The translations under genes were made by a program, and so were the position numbers. Source: an uncultured candidate division Zixibacteria bacterium (GTDB lineage: Bacteria > Zixibacteria > MSB-5A5 > UBA10806 > 4484-95). From it: a DNA stretch of 64,000 nucleotides. The stretch covers positions 800,001 through 864,000 of the forward strand of contig CAXXKA010000008.1 in assembly GCA_963668625.2 (NCBI GenBank). The letters run 5' to 3'. The notes under the pieces are model-generated. The model did not search any database, was not told the origin of the DNA, and saw only the letters and a list, made by a program, of their open reading frames with translations. Positions 31,269 to 41,975 of this stretch are shown one piece after another. How positions within the stretch are numbered: the first letter of the stretch is position 1; every line of letters begins with the position of its first letter.

Positions 31269-32630
31269 ATGAATTCTATTCTTGAAAGTGTTCAAATTCC
31301 GAAACTGGTATTTCGGGTGTTAGTTTTCAGCTTGTTGGTTATGAGTAGCTCGGCGATGGGTCAAGCGGCAAAAATCGATGATAAAACAATCGATTCCGGT
31401 TGGCAATCCGAGTTGATAGACAGTATCGAAACGGCATTGAACGAAATATATGTTTTTCCCGATATCGCCAAGAAAATGGGAAAGCATTTGAGAAAGCAAT
31501 TCAAACAGAAGAAATATGCCGAACTAACCAGCCTTCGTGATTTTACGGCAAAACTCACCGAGGACATGCATGAGATAAACCACGATAAACACTTAGCCAT
31601 AAGGTATATTTCCGATGAAATGATCGCTCAATATGAGGGCGATACCCTCACTGATCAAGCGGAGATCGAGGAACTTAAAAATGCCCAACGCGATAATTTC
31701 GGATTCAAAGAGGTCAAAATTCTGAATGGTAATATCGGCTACATTGATTTTAGATATTTCGCCGATGCGAGCAAAGCGGGTGCTACGGCAATCGCAGCTA
31801 TGAATTTCCTGGCTTATACGGATGCCATCATTTTCGATCTTCGTGAAAACGGTGGCGGCAGCCCCTCGATGATACAGCTTATATCGAGTTATTTGTTCGA
31901 GGAGCCGGTTCACCTTAATAGTTTTTATGTGCGGGAAACCGATTCGGTTCAGCAGTTCTGGACCCAGTCGTTTGTCTCTGGCCCCAGGATGTCCGATGCG
32001 GATGTTTATGTACTGACCAGCGATTATACTTTCTCGGGAGCGGAGGAATTTTCATTCAATATACAAAACCAGGAGCGCGGTATGATTGTCGGCGAAATAA
32101 CCGGCGGCGGAGCTCACCCCACGACCAGAAGAGTGTTTGCGAATCTTAACGCCAGGCTGAGTCTACCCTTTGGCAAGGCAATAAATCCAATATCAGGAAC
32201 CAACTGGGAGGGTACGGGTGTAAAGCCCGATATAGAAGCGCCGCAGGAACAGGCCTTTGATATCGCGTACATGGAAGCTTTAAAAAAGATAAAGGAACGA
32301 ACGACAGATAAAGACCAACTCTTTATCATTCAATGGGCACTGGATGGTAAAGAAGCGATGCTAAATAAGCCGGAGCTTGATGATAGCCTTGCTCAAAAAT
32401 ATATCGGGATTTTCGGGCCGCGAGTGATAACATTCGAAAATGGCGAGCTATACTATCAGCGTGAATCCAACCCCAGGTATAATTTAATCCCAATGAGTGA
32501 TAATCGTTTCATGCTTGATGGCCTGGATTATTTCCGTATTCAATTGATCGAGGGAGATGACGGTCAATTCGACGAGTTAATAGGCTTGTATGATAACGGG
32601 CAAACCGATAGTAATAAAAGAACGAAATAG
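31269..32630 (+). CDS. S41 family peptidase
   Basis: DKHL, NIGYI, DLRENGGG, TFSGAEEF, GEITGGG, WEGTGVKPD. Confidence 0.92.
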   Translation: MNSILESVQIPKLVFRVLVFSLLVMSSSAMGQAAKIDDKTIDSGWQSELIDSIETALNEIYVFPDIAKKMGKHLRKQFKQKKYAELTSLRDFTAKLTEDMHEINHDKHLAIRYISDEMIAQYEGDTLTDQAEIEELKNAQRDNFGFKEVKILNGNIGYIDFRYFADASKAGATAIAAMNFLAYTDAIIFDLRENGGGSPSMIQLISSYLFEEPVHLNSFYVRETDSVQQFWTQSFVSGPRMSDADVYVLTSDYTFSGAEEFSFNIQNQERGMIVGEITGGGAHPTTRRVFANLNARLSLPFGKAINPISGTNWEGTGVKPDIEAPQEQAFDIAYMEALKKIKERTTDKDQLFIIQWALDGKEAMLNKPELDDSLAQKYIGIFGPRVITFENGELYYQRESNPRYNLIPMSDNRFMLDGLDYFRIQLIEGDDGQFDELIGLYDNGQTDSNKRTK

Positions 32631-32732
32631 TACAAGTTCCAGATATTCATGAACAACTCCGCATCTCTGATTATTGAGGAAGTAATATCAGCGGACTGGC
32701 ATATTTAAGGCCTTGTATTCGTACATAGTATT

Positions 32733-32762
32733 TAGCCATAAGACAAATATGTTTTATGGCTA
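32733..32762. terminator. Hairpin downstream of S41 gene
   Basis: TAGCCATAAGACA-AATA-TGTTTTATGGCTA. Confidence 0.5.
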
Positions 32763-32880
32763 TTTTAAAATTGATCAATTCAAATTGTATAGTGATGATA
32801 TGAGTTATTTTACGGCGGCACGCATCCACGTGTGCCCCTTAGCTGTAAATGTGAGATAGTAAATGTAGCAGACGATGAGA

Positions 32881-33014
32881 GGCTGTCCCAAAAGGCAAGT
32901 GATTGAGGTACGTCCTCGCTTGCCCCGATGGTGCCTCAACTGGTCTGCCTGCTAACAAATGCCGGCTGACGAGGATATCCGCCGGCCACAGGAAACCATG
33001 CTTTTGAGACAGCC
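32881..33014. mobile_element. 134-bp MITE with IS1182-like ends, within a REP-like palindrome
   Basis: TIRs GGCTGTCCCAAAAG / CTTTTGAGACAGCC (13/14); flanks GCAGACG and CGTCTGC are mutually inverted. Confidence 0.6.
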
Positions 33015-33099
33015 ACAGGACGTCTGCCGACCACGGAATATCAAATTATCTACTGATGATATGGATTACTAAGCAAGATTGAATTTGCATGAGCGAATA

Positions 33100-34587
33100 T
33101 TAGCCGTTATCCGAAGCGCTTTGCCCTTCCCACCTGTCGATTATCGCCGCGCCGACAGAATCGCCCAGCACGTTTACCGTGGTGCGGCATCTATCCAGGA
33201 ACCAGTCAACCGCCAAAATCATGGCTATGCCCTCCGTAGGCAGCCCTACGGCGTTCAACACTATCACCATGGTAACCAGCCCGGCCTCGGGTATGCCGGC
33301 CGCTCCGATAGCCGCCAGGGTGGCGGTGAGGAATATGATAACCTGCGCACCGAAATCGAGCGGTATGCCGTACACCTGGGCGATGAATATCGCCGCTACC
33401 GCCTCATACAGCGCGGTGCCATCCATATTTATGGTTGCGCCTAAAGGCAAAACGAATCCGGCCGTGCGATTAGAGACGCCGCTTTTCTCCTCGACCGCCT
33501 CGATCGTAATCGGCAGTGTTGCGGAGCTGGAAGAGGTCGAGAAGGCGGTCAGTAAAGCCGGTGAGATATTCGAGGCATAGTCCGTAATTTTACGTTTGGC
33601 GAATATCTTAATCGCGGGCAAGAGCACGAACACTGCGTGAATACCAAGCCCGATAATCACCGTGAAAAAGTACTTGGCCATACGGGCTATCTCGGTGGCA
33701 AACCCGCCCTCGGTGGCAAGTTCGGCCTTGCCCAACCGGGCGGCCACGAGTCCCAAAATACCAAGCGGCGCGAAATACATCATGAGACGGATTATTTTCA
33801 GGAACGCCTCGTTCAAGCCCTCGAACAAATCGATTACGACCTTGCCCCGTTCACCAAGCGTTGTCAGTATACCGCCGAACAATAACGAGAATACGATAAG
33901 CGGTAATATATTGTTATTGGCCATTGCCTTAAACAGGTTCTTGGGGATCAAACCAACTAAGACATCGATGAAAGAAAAGTTCTTCTCCCGCATCTTGATC
34001 TCGAAACCCACGCCAATCGTATCGGGCTCGACTTTATTACCGGAGGCGTCATGCCAGTCGGTCACGCCGATTTGCTTGCCGGTTATTTTCGAGGACTTGT
34101 CGATTTCACCGGTTATGTTTTGGTCTTTAAGAACTACGATAAATTTCGAGGAGTAGTTACTTTTCTGAAGATTCTCCGGCCCGGTGATATGCAGCATCGA
34201 ACCGCCTGAGATAGGTCGGGCTTTAATCTGGTAGCTTGCCTGCGGATGATTATCCTGAATCCTGGCGACATCCTTACCCGGCTGTATGATATTTACCAGG
34301 ACGATACCGATAATAACCGAGATTCCGGTAGTTACCATATAGTATATAATCGTTCGGTAGCCCAGTGTACCTAGCTTGCTGATATGCCCCAGTCGAGCGA
34401 TACCAGTAACCATAGAGGCAACCACCAGCGGTACTACCATCATGAATAAAGCATTCAAAAATATCTCACCTAAAAATCCGAGTTTGATCGCGGAGTGAGG
34501 GGCATAATGGCCAAGCAAGAATCCGACGACGATGCCTATCAGGATGAAATAGATATTGAGATTGGATAAGCTTATTTTTTTAGCCAT
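33100..34587 (-). CDS. Dicarboxylate/amino acid:cation symporter (DAACS/GltP family)
   Basis: AFSTSSSSATLP, LPLGATINMDGT, DWFLDRCRT. Confidence 0.95.
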   Translation of the reverse strand: MAKKISLSNLNIYFILIGIVVGFLLGHYAPHSAIKLGFLGEIFLNALFMMVVPLVVASMVTGIARLGHISKLGTLGYRTIIYYMVTTGISVIIGIVLVNIIQPGKDVARIQDNHPQASYQIKARPISGGSMLHITGPENLQKSNYSSKFIVVLKDQNITGEIDKSSKITGKQIGVTDWHDASGNKVEPDTIGVGFEIKMREKNFSFIDVLVGLIPKNLFKAMANNNILPLIVFSLLFGGILTTLGERGKVVIDLFEGLNEAFLKIIRLMMYFAPLGILGLVAARLGKAELATEGGFATEIARMAKYFFTVIIGLGIHAVFVLLPAIKIFAKRKITDYASNISPALLTAFSTSSSSATLPITIEAVEEKSGVSNRTAGFVLPLGATINMDGTALYEAVAAIFIAQVYGIPLDFGAQVIIFLTATLAAIGAAGIPEAGLVTMVIVLNAVGLPTEGIAMILAVDWFLDRCRTTVNVLGDSVGAAIIDRWEGQSASDNG

Positions 34588-34882
34588 GAACATTTAATAT
34601 AACAATATGCATATATTAGTCAAATGTTAATAAATATTGGATTACATCCTCGTGTTCCAATATGGGCTGCGCCGGTAAAGCAGCAGATACTACAGAAGTA
34701 ATTACTATACATTGCCCTGGTACGTGAGAGTAACCTTTTAAGGATTAAATGAGAACAGCAAAAAAGATAGAGCTAATGTATTACCTCCTCCGGCAGTAAC
34801 CATATATAGCCAAATCTGAAAATTGTTTAACATGGTAATTTCATTACTTATAAACTTTAACACTACTGTCCGGTCTTTTCAT

Positions 34883-34980
34883 CTCGTTGCGAAGCGCTGT
34901 TTCGCAACGTGGCTTGTTTGCCGGCAGAATGCGCATTCTACATGATTCAAGAAGGTTTCCAAGCAGCGCTTGGAAACCAG
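34883..34980. repeat. REP/REPIN-like palindrome pair
   Basis: CGTTGCGAAGCGCTGTTTCGCAACG and GGTTTCCAAGCAGCGCTTGGAAACC, with similar architecture. Confidence 0.55.
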
Positions 34981-35226
34981 AAAACCAAGCCTAACATCGG
35001 CAGGATATGTCAGGATGAATGATACGCTGAATAAAATAATTATATCGGAAAATATTTTTCATTAACAATTCCAAGGAGAAATTTAAAATTTAACGAAAAA
35101 CACCGGACACTAGTGAAACTTTAAATATAATAAATTTACATTTGTCCTGCAAGTCATTCACCTTTTTAAAATATAATAGATTGCGCTGAGGAACTCGATT
35201 CATTACCTATTAATATTGGATGGTGA

Positions 35227-37029
35227 ATGACTATGCCTAAAATTCGTAAGCTTTCGAATTATAATTTAAAATCGGTTAGAATAGCGGCCGCAGAATATTT
35301 CGATATAATAAAAACGGCATCTAATGTCGACTCTGCCCGCGATCGCCTATATAGGAAAATCAGCAGTCATCAACTCGAATCGTTCGCGGCGAAATCGGAT
35401 TCTTACGAAGGCAAGTATATAAGGATGCGGGATTGTGCCGCGACATTGAGAAATATTATTAAACCTCGTTCGGATCAGCTTTCCGGTTTCAGTGTAATAT
35501 GAGCCTTATACGATATTGCCCGTGGCAAATCTCGTCCCGACCTTGAACCCGGTTTTTACGCCGAGATATACCATCTGTTTATGGGCTTAAAAGGCAAAGG
35601 CCCCGGTTCAGCTCCCGGTGAATACTACATTCCCGGCCGTCCCCGGGGACGTGAAGCCGCACTGATCAGATCGGGTCAACTCGACAGGCTCTGGGATAGA
35701 GTGGAAAATTATATGGCTAAATACGAGCACGGGCTGGATATGGATATCGCTGATTACAGAAAAGAACGCAGGCTTGAGGTATTATTACAACTCGGAGGCA
35801 ATGAAGATGATTGGAACGATTGGCGATGGCATCTGCGAAATGTGATTAAAAATCCCCAAAAGCTATCGAAAATGATACCGCTCTCGGTTGAGGAATCCGA
35901 ATCGATGGAAACGCTTGCTCGAACTCGTCTGCCGTTTGGTATAACGCCATATTATTTATCCCTGATGAATACCAATGGCGATAAAAGTGATCTGGCGGTA
36001 CGCGCTCAGGTGATTCCTCCAAAATCATACGTAGAGTTCGTTACCAAAAATAAAGGCCATAACTATTGTACTTACGATTTCATGCTCGAACATAACACCA
36101 GCCCGATCGATCTGGTTACGCGTCGTTATCCGGGAATCGCTATTTTAAAACCGTATAATACCTGCCCCCAAATATGCGTTTACTGCCAGCGTAACTGGGA
36201 GATCGATAAAGTCCTGTCTCGAGGCGCTATGGCCTCGCGCGGAAAAATTAAAGCGGCCATAAACTATATAGCCGAGCATCCCGCTATTCATGATGTTTTA
36301 GTTACCGGTGGTGATCCCCTGGCGATGAGCGATAAGAAGCTGTTCTGGACATTAAGTAAATTGGCGGAGGTTCCAACATTGGAACGTATCAGGATCGGAT
36401 CGCGTACGCTGGCGACCATGCCGATGAGAATTACCGATGAGCTGGCCGATTTCCTCGGTGCACTGCGAAAACCGATGAAGCGGGAGATCTCGATGGTCAC
36501 GCATGTCGAGCATCCTTATGAGGTAACGCCCGATATGTACGAGGCAGTGGAAAAACTGAGGCTACGGGGCATTAACGTATACAACCCGCATGTTTACACT
36601 TTCTTCGTTTCCAGACGGTTCGAGGCGGTACTATTGAAACGTTTGCTAAAACGAATCGGTATCGATCCATACTACACATTCAACACTAAAGGGAAAGAGG
36701 AAACAATCGAATACCGGGTGCCTATAGCCCGTCTTCTTCAAGAGCAAAAAGAGGAAACGAGATTATTACCCGGGCTTTCACGAACGGATGAGGCGGTTTA
36801 TAACGTGCCCGGTCTGGGTAAGAATTATCTCAGGGCAATCCAGCATCGCGAAATGCTCTCCATACTACCCAATGGTTCCCGAATATACGAATTTCACTCG
36901 TGGGAGAAAAATATCCGCAAGCAAAAATCATACATAGGCGTTGATGTACCGATACAGGGATACCTTCAGCGGTTGGAAAAAATCGGCGAGGATGTCAGGC
37001 AGTACGAGACTATCTGGTACTATTTCTAA
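35227..37029 (+). CDS. KamA (lysine 2,3-aminomutase)-family radical SAM protein, 600 codons with in-frame TGA at 35500-35502 (recoded or nonsense)
   Basis: ORFs 35227 and 35581 share a frame with one stop between; CPQICVYC, TGGDPL, PGLGKN. Confidence 0.8.
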
Positions 37030-37053
37030 TCGTCCTGCTATATCGAAATCACT

Positions 37054-37518
37054 TCATAAGCCCAAATCACTTATCCAACCGGCGTGCGATTCGGGGCGGC
37101 TGTCGCTTGATGGTACGTAGGGTTTGATATCGAGAACGGGCGTGCCATCGAATATATCACTGTTCTCGAATTCGAGCATATTGTCTTCCCGCCTTATAAC
37201 TTTCACGCAGGATATCGCTATCGGGTTCGGGCGAAACGGCGTTCGGGTTACGAATAACGCGCGCTGATTCTCCGGATCGGGACGGGGGTATATTTTCAGT
37301 TTATACTCCTGCCCGATATTTTTATCGAACACCCAGATAAGCCAGACATGATCGAAAGTCTCGATTCCCTCCAGACCCTCCGCCAGGTTATCATCAAGGA
37401 ACAGTTTAGCTTTAACGATCTGCCCTTTGGGTTTCTTTCGATAATCATCCTTATTTTTCAACTGAGGGCAGGTTACGTAGCCGATAGCTTTCATCTCGAA
37501 TGTAGTTCGTTTATTCAT
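37054..37518 (-). CDS. tsaA: tRNA (t6A37) N6-methyltransferase TrmO/TsaA family
   Basis: FVTRTPFRPNPIAIS, DGTPVLDIKPY. Confidence 0.88.
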   Translation of the reverse strand: MNKRTTFEMKAIGYVTCPQLKNKDDYRKKPKGQIVKAKLFLDDNLAEGLEGIETFDHVWLIWVFDKNIGQEYKLKIYPRPDPENQRALFVTRTPFRPNPIAISCVKVIRREDNMLEFENSDIFDGTPVLDIKPYVPSSDSRPESHAGWISDLGL

Positions 37519-37562
37519 AACCATAAAGCTATCAACATTAAATCGAAAGTCAACAAAATAAA

Positions 37563-37589
37563 GCCCGTAAGTTGAGACAACTTACGGGC
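37563..37589 (-). terminator. Terminator after cheW
   Basis: Perfect IR GCCCGTAAGTTG/CAACTTACGGGC. Confidence 0.65.
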
Positions 37590-37616
37590 AATTGGAGAAA
37601 AATGAAATTTAAAATG

Positions 37617-38111
37617 CTAAGCGACAGGTAATCTGGATGAACTGACAATGCTTTCGAGATCGAGGTAGATCAGCAATCTCTCTTCAAGTTTAACGATCGA
37701 TTTAATAAACTCGGCGCTCAAGCTTTTGGAGGTTTTCCCGGCTATCAATTTCGGGGCTTCCTCCAAAGAACTTTTGTGAACGCGTAACACCTCGGAAACT
37801 CCGTCTACGATAAGCCCGACAGTCTCGTTGGAAACATCTACGACAACTATTCTCGTTTTCTCATCATGAGCCGAGTTTTCCATGCCGAATTTTTTACGCA
37901 AATCTATAATCGGGATTACCTTGCCGCGCAGATTGATAATCCCTTCCACGTAGAAATCAGTCTGGGGAACTTCGGTGATCTCGACCATGCGGTTGATTTC
38001 CTGCACCTGCAGAATATTAACTCCGTACTCCTCGTGGCCGAGATTGAAAGTCACCATTTGCTCCAAATCCTGCCCCTGCTCGTTGATACGATCGGGATTT
38101 TCAGTATTCAT
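37617..38111 (-). CDS. cheW: Chemotaxis coupling protein CheW
   Basis: VQEI, GIINLRGKVIPIIDLR, GLIVDGVSEV. Confidence 0.95.
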   Translation of the reverse strand: MNTENPDRINEQGQDLEQMVTFNLGHEEYGVNILQVQEINRMVEITEVPQTDFYVEGIINLRGKVIPIIDLRKKFGMENSAHDEKTRIVVVDVSNETVGLIVDGVSEVLRVHKSSLEEAPKLIAGKTSKSLSAEFIKSIVKLEERLLIYLDLESIVSSSRLPVA

Positions 38112-39764
38112 TTAAGCGACCTCCTCGACATTGCTGCGAAGCTTGAATCCGCTGATCAGATTTCTCAATTCCTCTGATTGACGATTTAACTGTTCGGACG
38201 CGGTGGCTGCTTGTTCGGCGCCGGTCGCGGCCTCTTTGGAGATTCTATCCACGTTTTCGACGCTTTTCGAAATCTGCTCTGCGGCGGCCGATTGTTCCTC
38301 GGCGGCGCCCGCTATCTGACGCATCATATCCTGTACACCCTCAATTGAGGTGAAAATATTATTCAAGGCAGCGTTCGTCTGGATTACCAGATCTTTACCC
38401 TTATTGACAATCCCCGATGATTCCTCCATCTGGGTGTTGGCTCCGCTGACATCATTCTGGATACCTTTGATCGTTTCGGCAACCTCTTTGGTGGCTTTCG
38501 TAGTGCGCTCGGCCAGTTTGCGAACCTCATCTGCTACAACCGCGAATCCTCTTCCTTGCTCACCGGCACGGGCCGCCTCGATAGCGGCATTCAAGGCCAG
38601 AAGGTTTGTCTGGTCGGCTATATCATCGATGACCTTGATTATCTCACCGATAGCCGTAGCTTTTTCGGCCAGTCCCTGTATATTCTGGGCTGTCACCGCT
38701 GCGGAATCAACTATCTCATTCATGCCCTCCGAGGTATTCTCGGCAAGCCTGCCGCCCTCCTGTGAGGCTTTGGCCGCCTCCTGGGCTTTTTCCGCTGCAT
38801 CCTGAGTGTTTTTAGAGGATTCCACGATAGTTGCCGTCATCTCCTCGATAGCCGCCGATACCTGCGCCGTCTGGTTGGTCTGCTCCGAGGCGCCGGCGGA
38901 AAGCTGTTCGGCCGAGGATGAAACCTCGGTAGCCGCTGAGGCCAATTGTTCGGTGTTCTGCGCCACCTGGTAAATGATATCATGAAGCTTATTGATAAAT
39001 GTATTGAACCAGTTGGCCAGATCACCAATCTCATCCTTCGAGTTAATATCAAGCCGTTTGGTTAAATCGCCCTCACCCTGGGCTATATCTTTTAGCATAT
39101 TAACGACTTTGTTCGTGGGGCGAGTAATACTTCTGGTGATAAATACAGCCAGTATCAAACCTATTATAATGGAAATTGCCGTGATTATAAGGTTCATCGC
39201 TATGGAATTCGATGCCTGGCTCTGAGCATCTCCAACTTTAGCTTCGGCAACTTCGAATTTTTGTTCTTTCAATTGCTTGAGTAATGACTGTACCTGGCTG
39301 AGGTTGCTCATGGTCTTAGTTTTAAATACTTCCAGAGCCTGTTGCTCTTCGGCCTGCGTCCAATCGTTATGATATATACCCTTGATCTCCACTGCTGATT
39401 CATGAAGATGCTTATGAGGCGCCTCTATATCCGCAAGTATAGCTTTAGAGTGTTCATCCAAATGTTTGTATTCCTCGGACTGCAACAAATCATAATACCA
39501 CTTGCCAAAACCGCATTTATGAGGATCAAGCTGTTTGTCGAATTCTTTATTCAGCGTAAAGGCCTCTGATAAAGCGACTGCCCAATTAAGATGGTCAACC
39601 TCTTTTTCAACCAGGAATAAAGCGCCTTTCTCTTCATCTACGGCCTGCTCGTAATTAACGCCAACCTTCTTGAGACTGAGTGTTGATAATCCCCAGATTA
39701 AAACTGCCAAGGCAAGTAAAACGCCAACCATACTAAAGAGTTTTTTCCCAATTGTGAATTTCAT
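38112..39764 (-). CDS. Methyl-accepting chemotaxis protein with CZB domain and HAMP
   Basis: QTNLLALNAAIEAARAGEQGRGFAVVADEVRKLA; HLNW...HKCGFGKWY...HKHLH. Confidence 0.95.
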   Translation of the reverse strand: MKFTIGKKLFSMVGVLLALAVLIWGLSTLSLKKVGVNYEQAVDEEKGALFLVEKEVDHLNWAVALSEAFTLNKEFDKQLDPHKCGFGKWYYDLLQSEEYKHLDEHSKAILADIEAPHKHLHESAVEIKGIYHNDWTQAEEQQALEVFKTKTMSNLSQVQSLLKQLKEQKFEVAEAKVGDAQSQASNSIAMNLIITAISIIIGLILAVFITRSITRPTNKVVNMLKDIAQGEGDLTKRLDINSKDEIGDLANWFNTFINKLHDIIYQVAQNTEQLASAATEVSSSAEQLSAGASEQTNQTAQVSAAIEEMTATIVESSKNTQDAAEKAQEAAKASQEGGRLAENTSEGMNEIVDSAAVTAQNIQGLAEKATAIGEIIKVIDDIADQTNLLALNAAIEAARAGEQGRGFAVVADEVRKLAERTTKATKEVAETIKGIQNDVSGANTQMEESSGIVNKGKDLVIQTNAALNNIFTSIEGVQDMMRQIAGAAEEQSAAAEQISKSVENVDRISKEAATGAEQAATASEQLNRQSEELRNLISGFKLRSNVEEVA

Positions 39765-40360
39765 AAGCACCTTCCTGCGTTAGTAATGTGTTCTGAAAAA
39801 GTGAAAAATACTTCTGCCCATTATTTTTAATAACTTCATCGAAAGATATATTTACAACTTTAAAAATACTAAACAGATAATAAACTGTGTAGATTTATAT
39901 ACCTTATTGTATTAATATATTATAACTCAGTATAGTACAATAATATACGGACACCATACGCATTGCCGATGTAGTCAATATCAGACATGTAACACGTTAA
40001 CTGCAAAAGACTTATAGATGGTGAAACATGTTGTTACAAATATTGTTTAAGTATTAAAGCACACATTTTGAAATATTTACCTTTTAGTCAATATATAATA
40101 ATAGGTTTAATAAACCCTTTATATCAGGCATTATATACTCATAAAAATTGCCATTATAGATTTTATTAATAATCCTTAACGAACAACATATTTCAGATGA
40201 CTATTCGGGGAGTTTTGGCTTTTCGACTCGTGATTGCCATTGTCATTAAGCTTTGATAAAGCTGCTTGAAACTATTTACTTATAGATGGAATTAATACAT
40301 ATTATATTATGAAGTCAAAGTTACCGGTGTGAAATAACCTAAATTTAAGCAGAGGGAACA

Positions 40361-41893
40361 ATGAATACAATAATTAAAAATAAACTGTCTATTTTATTTC
40401 TCTTAGTGCTGTCTTTGAGCGTATCGGTTTTCGGCCAATCCCCGAAAAGTATAACCATCCTGCACACCAACGATATTCACGGCCATTTCACTCCGGACCC
40501 GGCAAGTTGGCTGGACGATAATCCACCGGTAGGCGGTTTCGCGGCGCTCGATTATTATATCACCCGCGAACGTAACGATGTCGAAAGTTCGCTTCTGTTA
40601 GATGCCGGCGATTTCATGACCGGGAATCTTATCTGCAAGAAGAAGCACGGGGGAGCTTACGGCGGCGCTATTATCGAGATGATGAATATGATCGGTTATG
40701 ACTGCTCGGTAATCGGTAATCACGAATTCGACGCTCAGGGAAGCGATATATCGGCAATAAATAATATCATACAACTAGAGCGGATAGCCGAATTCCCGAT
40801 TCTCTGCGCCAATATGATCGACTCATCCGGCAACGAGTTCAGCGATGAACATTTCAGGATATTCGATGTCGACGGCCTGAAAGTGGGCGTAATAGGCGTT
40901 ACCTACCATCAAATGCTGGGCATGGCCTCGGCCGATAACCTCGAGGGATTCTACTCGACCGATCCGGCCGCGAAAGTGAATCAGATCGTCGGGTTGATCG
41001 ACAGCAAAACCGATTTAATCATAGTCCTATCGCATCTGGGGTACGAAAACGATGAGGAGATGGCTAATAAGATTCACGGAGTCGATCTGATAATCGGCGG
41101 TCACAGCCATTCGAGAATTACTCATCCCGATAAGGTAAACGGCGTAATTATCGCTCAGGCGGGTTCATACAATCACGATTTAGGTCGTATCGATTTAACC
41201 GTTGCAGGCGATACGGTGCAGTCTTATAACGGAAAGCTGATTACGCCGCTGGTTGCCAACACTAAAGCCCAACCGAGACTTCAAGCGTTTATCGATAGTT
41301 TTGCGGTTATGATCGAGGAAGAATATGGAGCGGTCATAAGTCATCTCAAACAGGATTGGCGTGGCGCCTATAACGAGGAATCCAATACCGGAGATTGGCT
41401 CACCGATGCCCTTGCCAAAGAGACCGGCGCCGATATCGCTTTCTTGAATTCGGGTGGTATCAGAAAGAATATCATGGCCGGGCCGATTACAAAAAAAGAT
41501 ATCAACGAGATGCTGCCGTTCCAGAATTACGTCGAGCTATTCGATTGCAGCGGTAAAGAACTTAAAGCCATCGCCCAGGAAAACGCCGAGGCACAGGGCC
41601 TGGAAACGCACGGGATATTACAGCTGAGCGGCCTTTCCTATAGCTGGCGAAAGGATGGCCGGAAAGTGATAGTGTCCGATATCAAGGTAAATGATAAGCC
41701 GGTTCAGGATGATAAAATCTACAGGGTAGCCAGTGTCGATTACGTGAATGGAAGTTACGATAAATACTACGGTATAAAGCCGCGCACTATTCATAACACC
41801 GGTATGATTCTTGCTGATGTCATAATCGATGCTATATTAAAAACCGAGACGATCGATGCACCGGATAGAAATCGTATAACACAGCTCGATTAA
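40361..41893 (+). CDS. Bifunctional 5'-nucleotidase/UDP-sugar hydrolase family
   Basis: HTNDIHG, DAGD, GNHEFD, LSHLG, GGHSH, NSGGIR. Confidence 0.93.
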   Translation: MNTIIKNKLSILFLLVLSLSVSVFGQSPKSITILHTNDIHGHFTPDPASWLDDNPPVGGFAALDYYITRERNDVESSLLLDAGDFMTGNLICKKKHGGAYGGAIIEMMNMIGYDCSVIGNHEFDAQGSDISAINNIIQLERIAEFPILCANMIDSSGNEFSDEHFRIFDVDGLKVGVIGVTYHQMLGMASADNLEGFYSTDPAAKVNQIVGLIDSKTDLIIVLSHLGYENDEEMANKIHGVDLIIGGHSHSRITHPDKVNGVIIAQAGSYNHDLGRIDLTVAGDTVQSYNGKLITPLVANTKAQPRLQAFIDSFAVMIEEEYGAVISHLKQDWRGAYNEESNTGDWLTDALAKETGADIAFLNSGGIRKNIMAGPITKKDINEMLPFQNYVELFDCSGKELKAIAQENAEAQGLETHGILQLSGLSYSWRKDGRKVIVSDIKVNDKPVQDDKIYRVASVDYVNGSYDKYYGIKPRTIHNTGMILADVIIDAILKTETIDAPDRNRITQLD

Positions 41894-41975
41894 CCCGGCA
41901 TAAGTCCGGCGGCTAAACTTTATATTGACCTGTAAACTGTCTTAATCCTATAGTTTTGAAAACGGGAGATTTTGT

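Noticed and set aside
35500-35502. Genome-wide TGA reassignment
   Set aside because: Many genes (corA, gdhA, MarR-GNAT, SLBB) end at TGA at the expected C-termini
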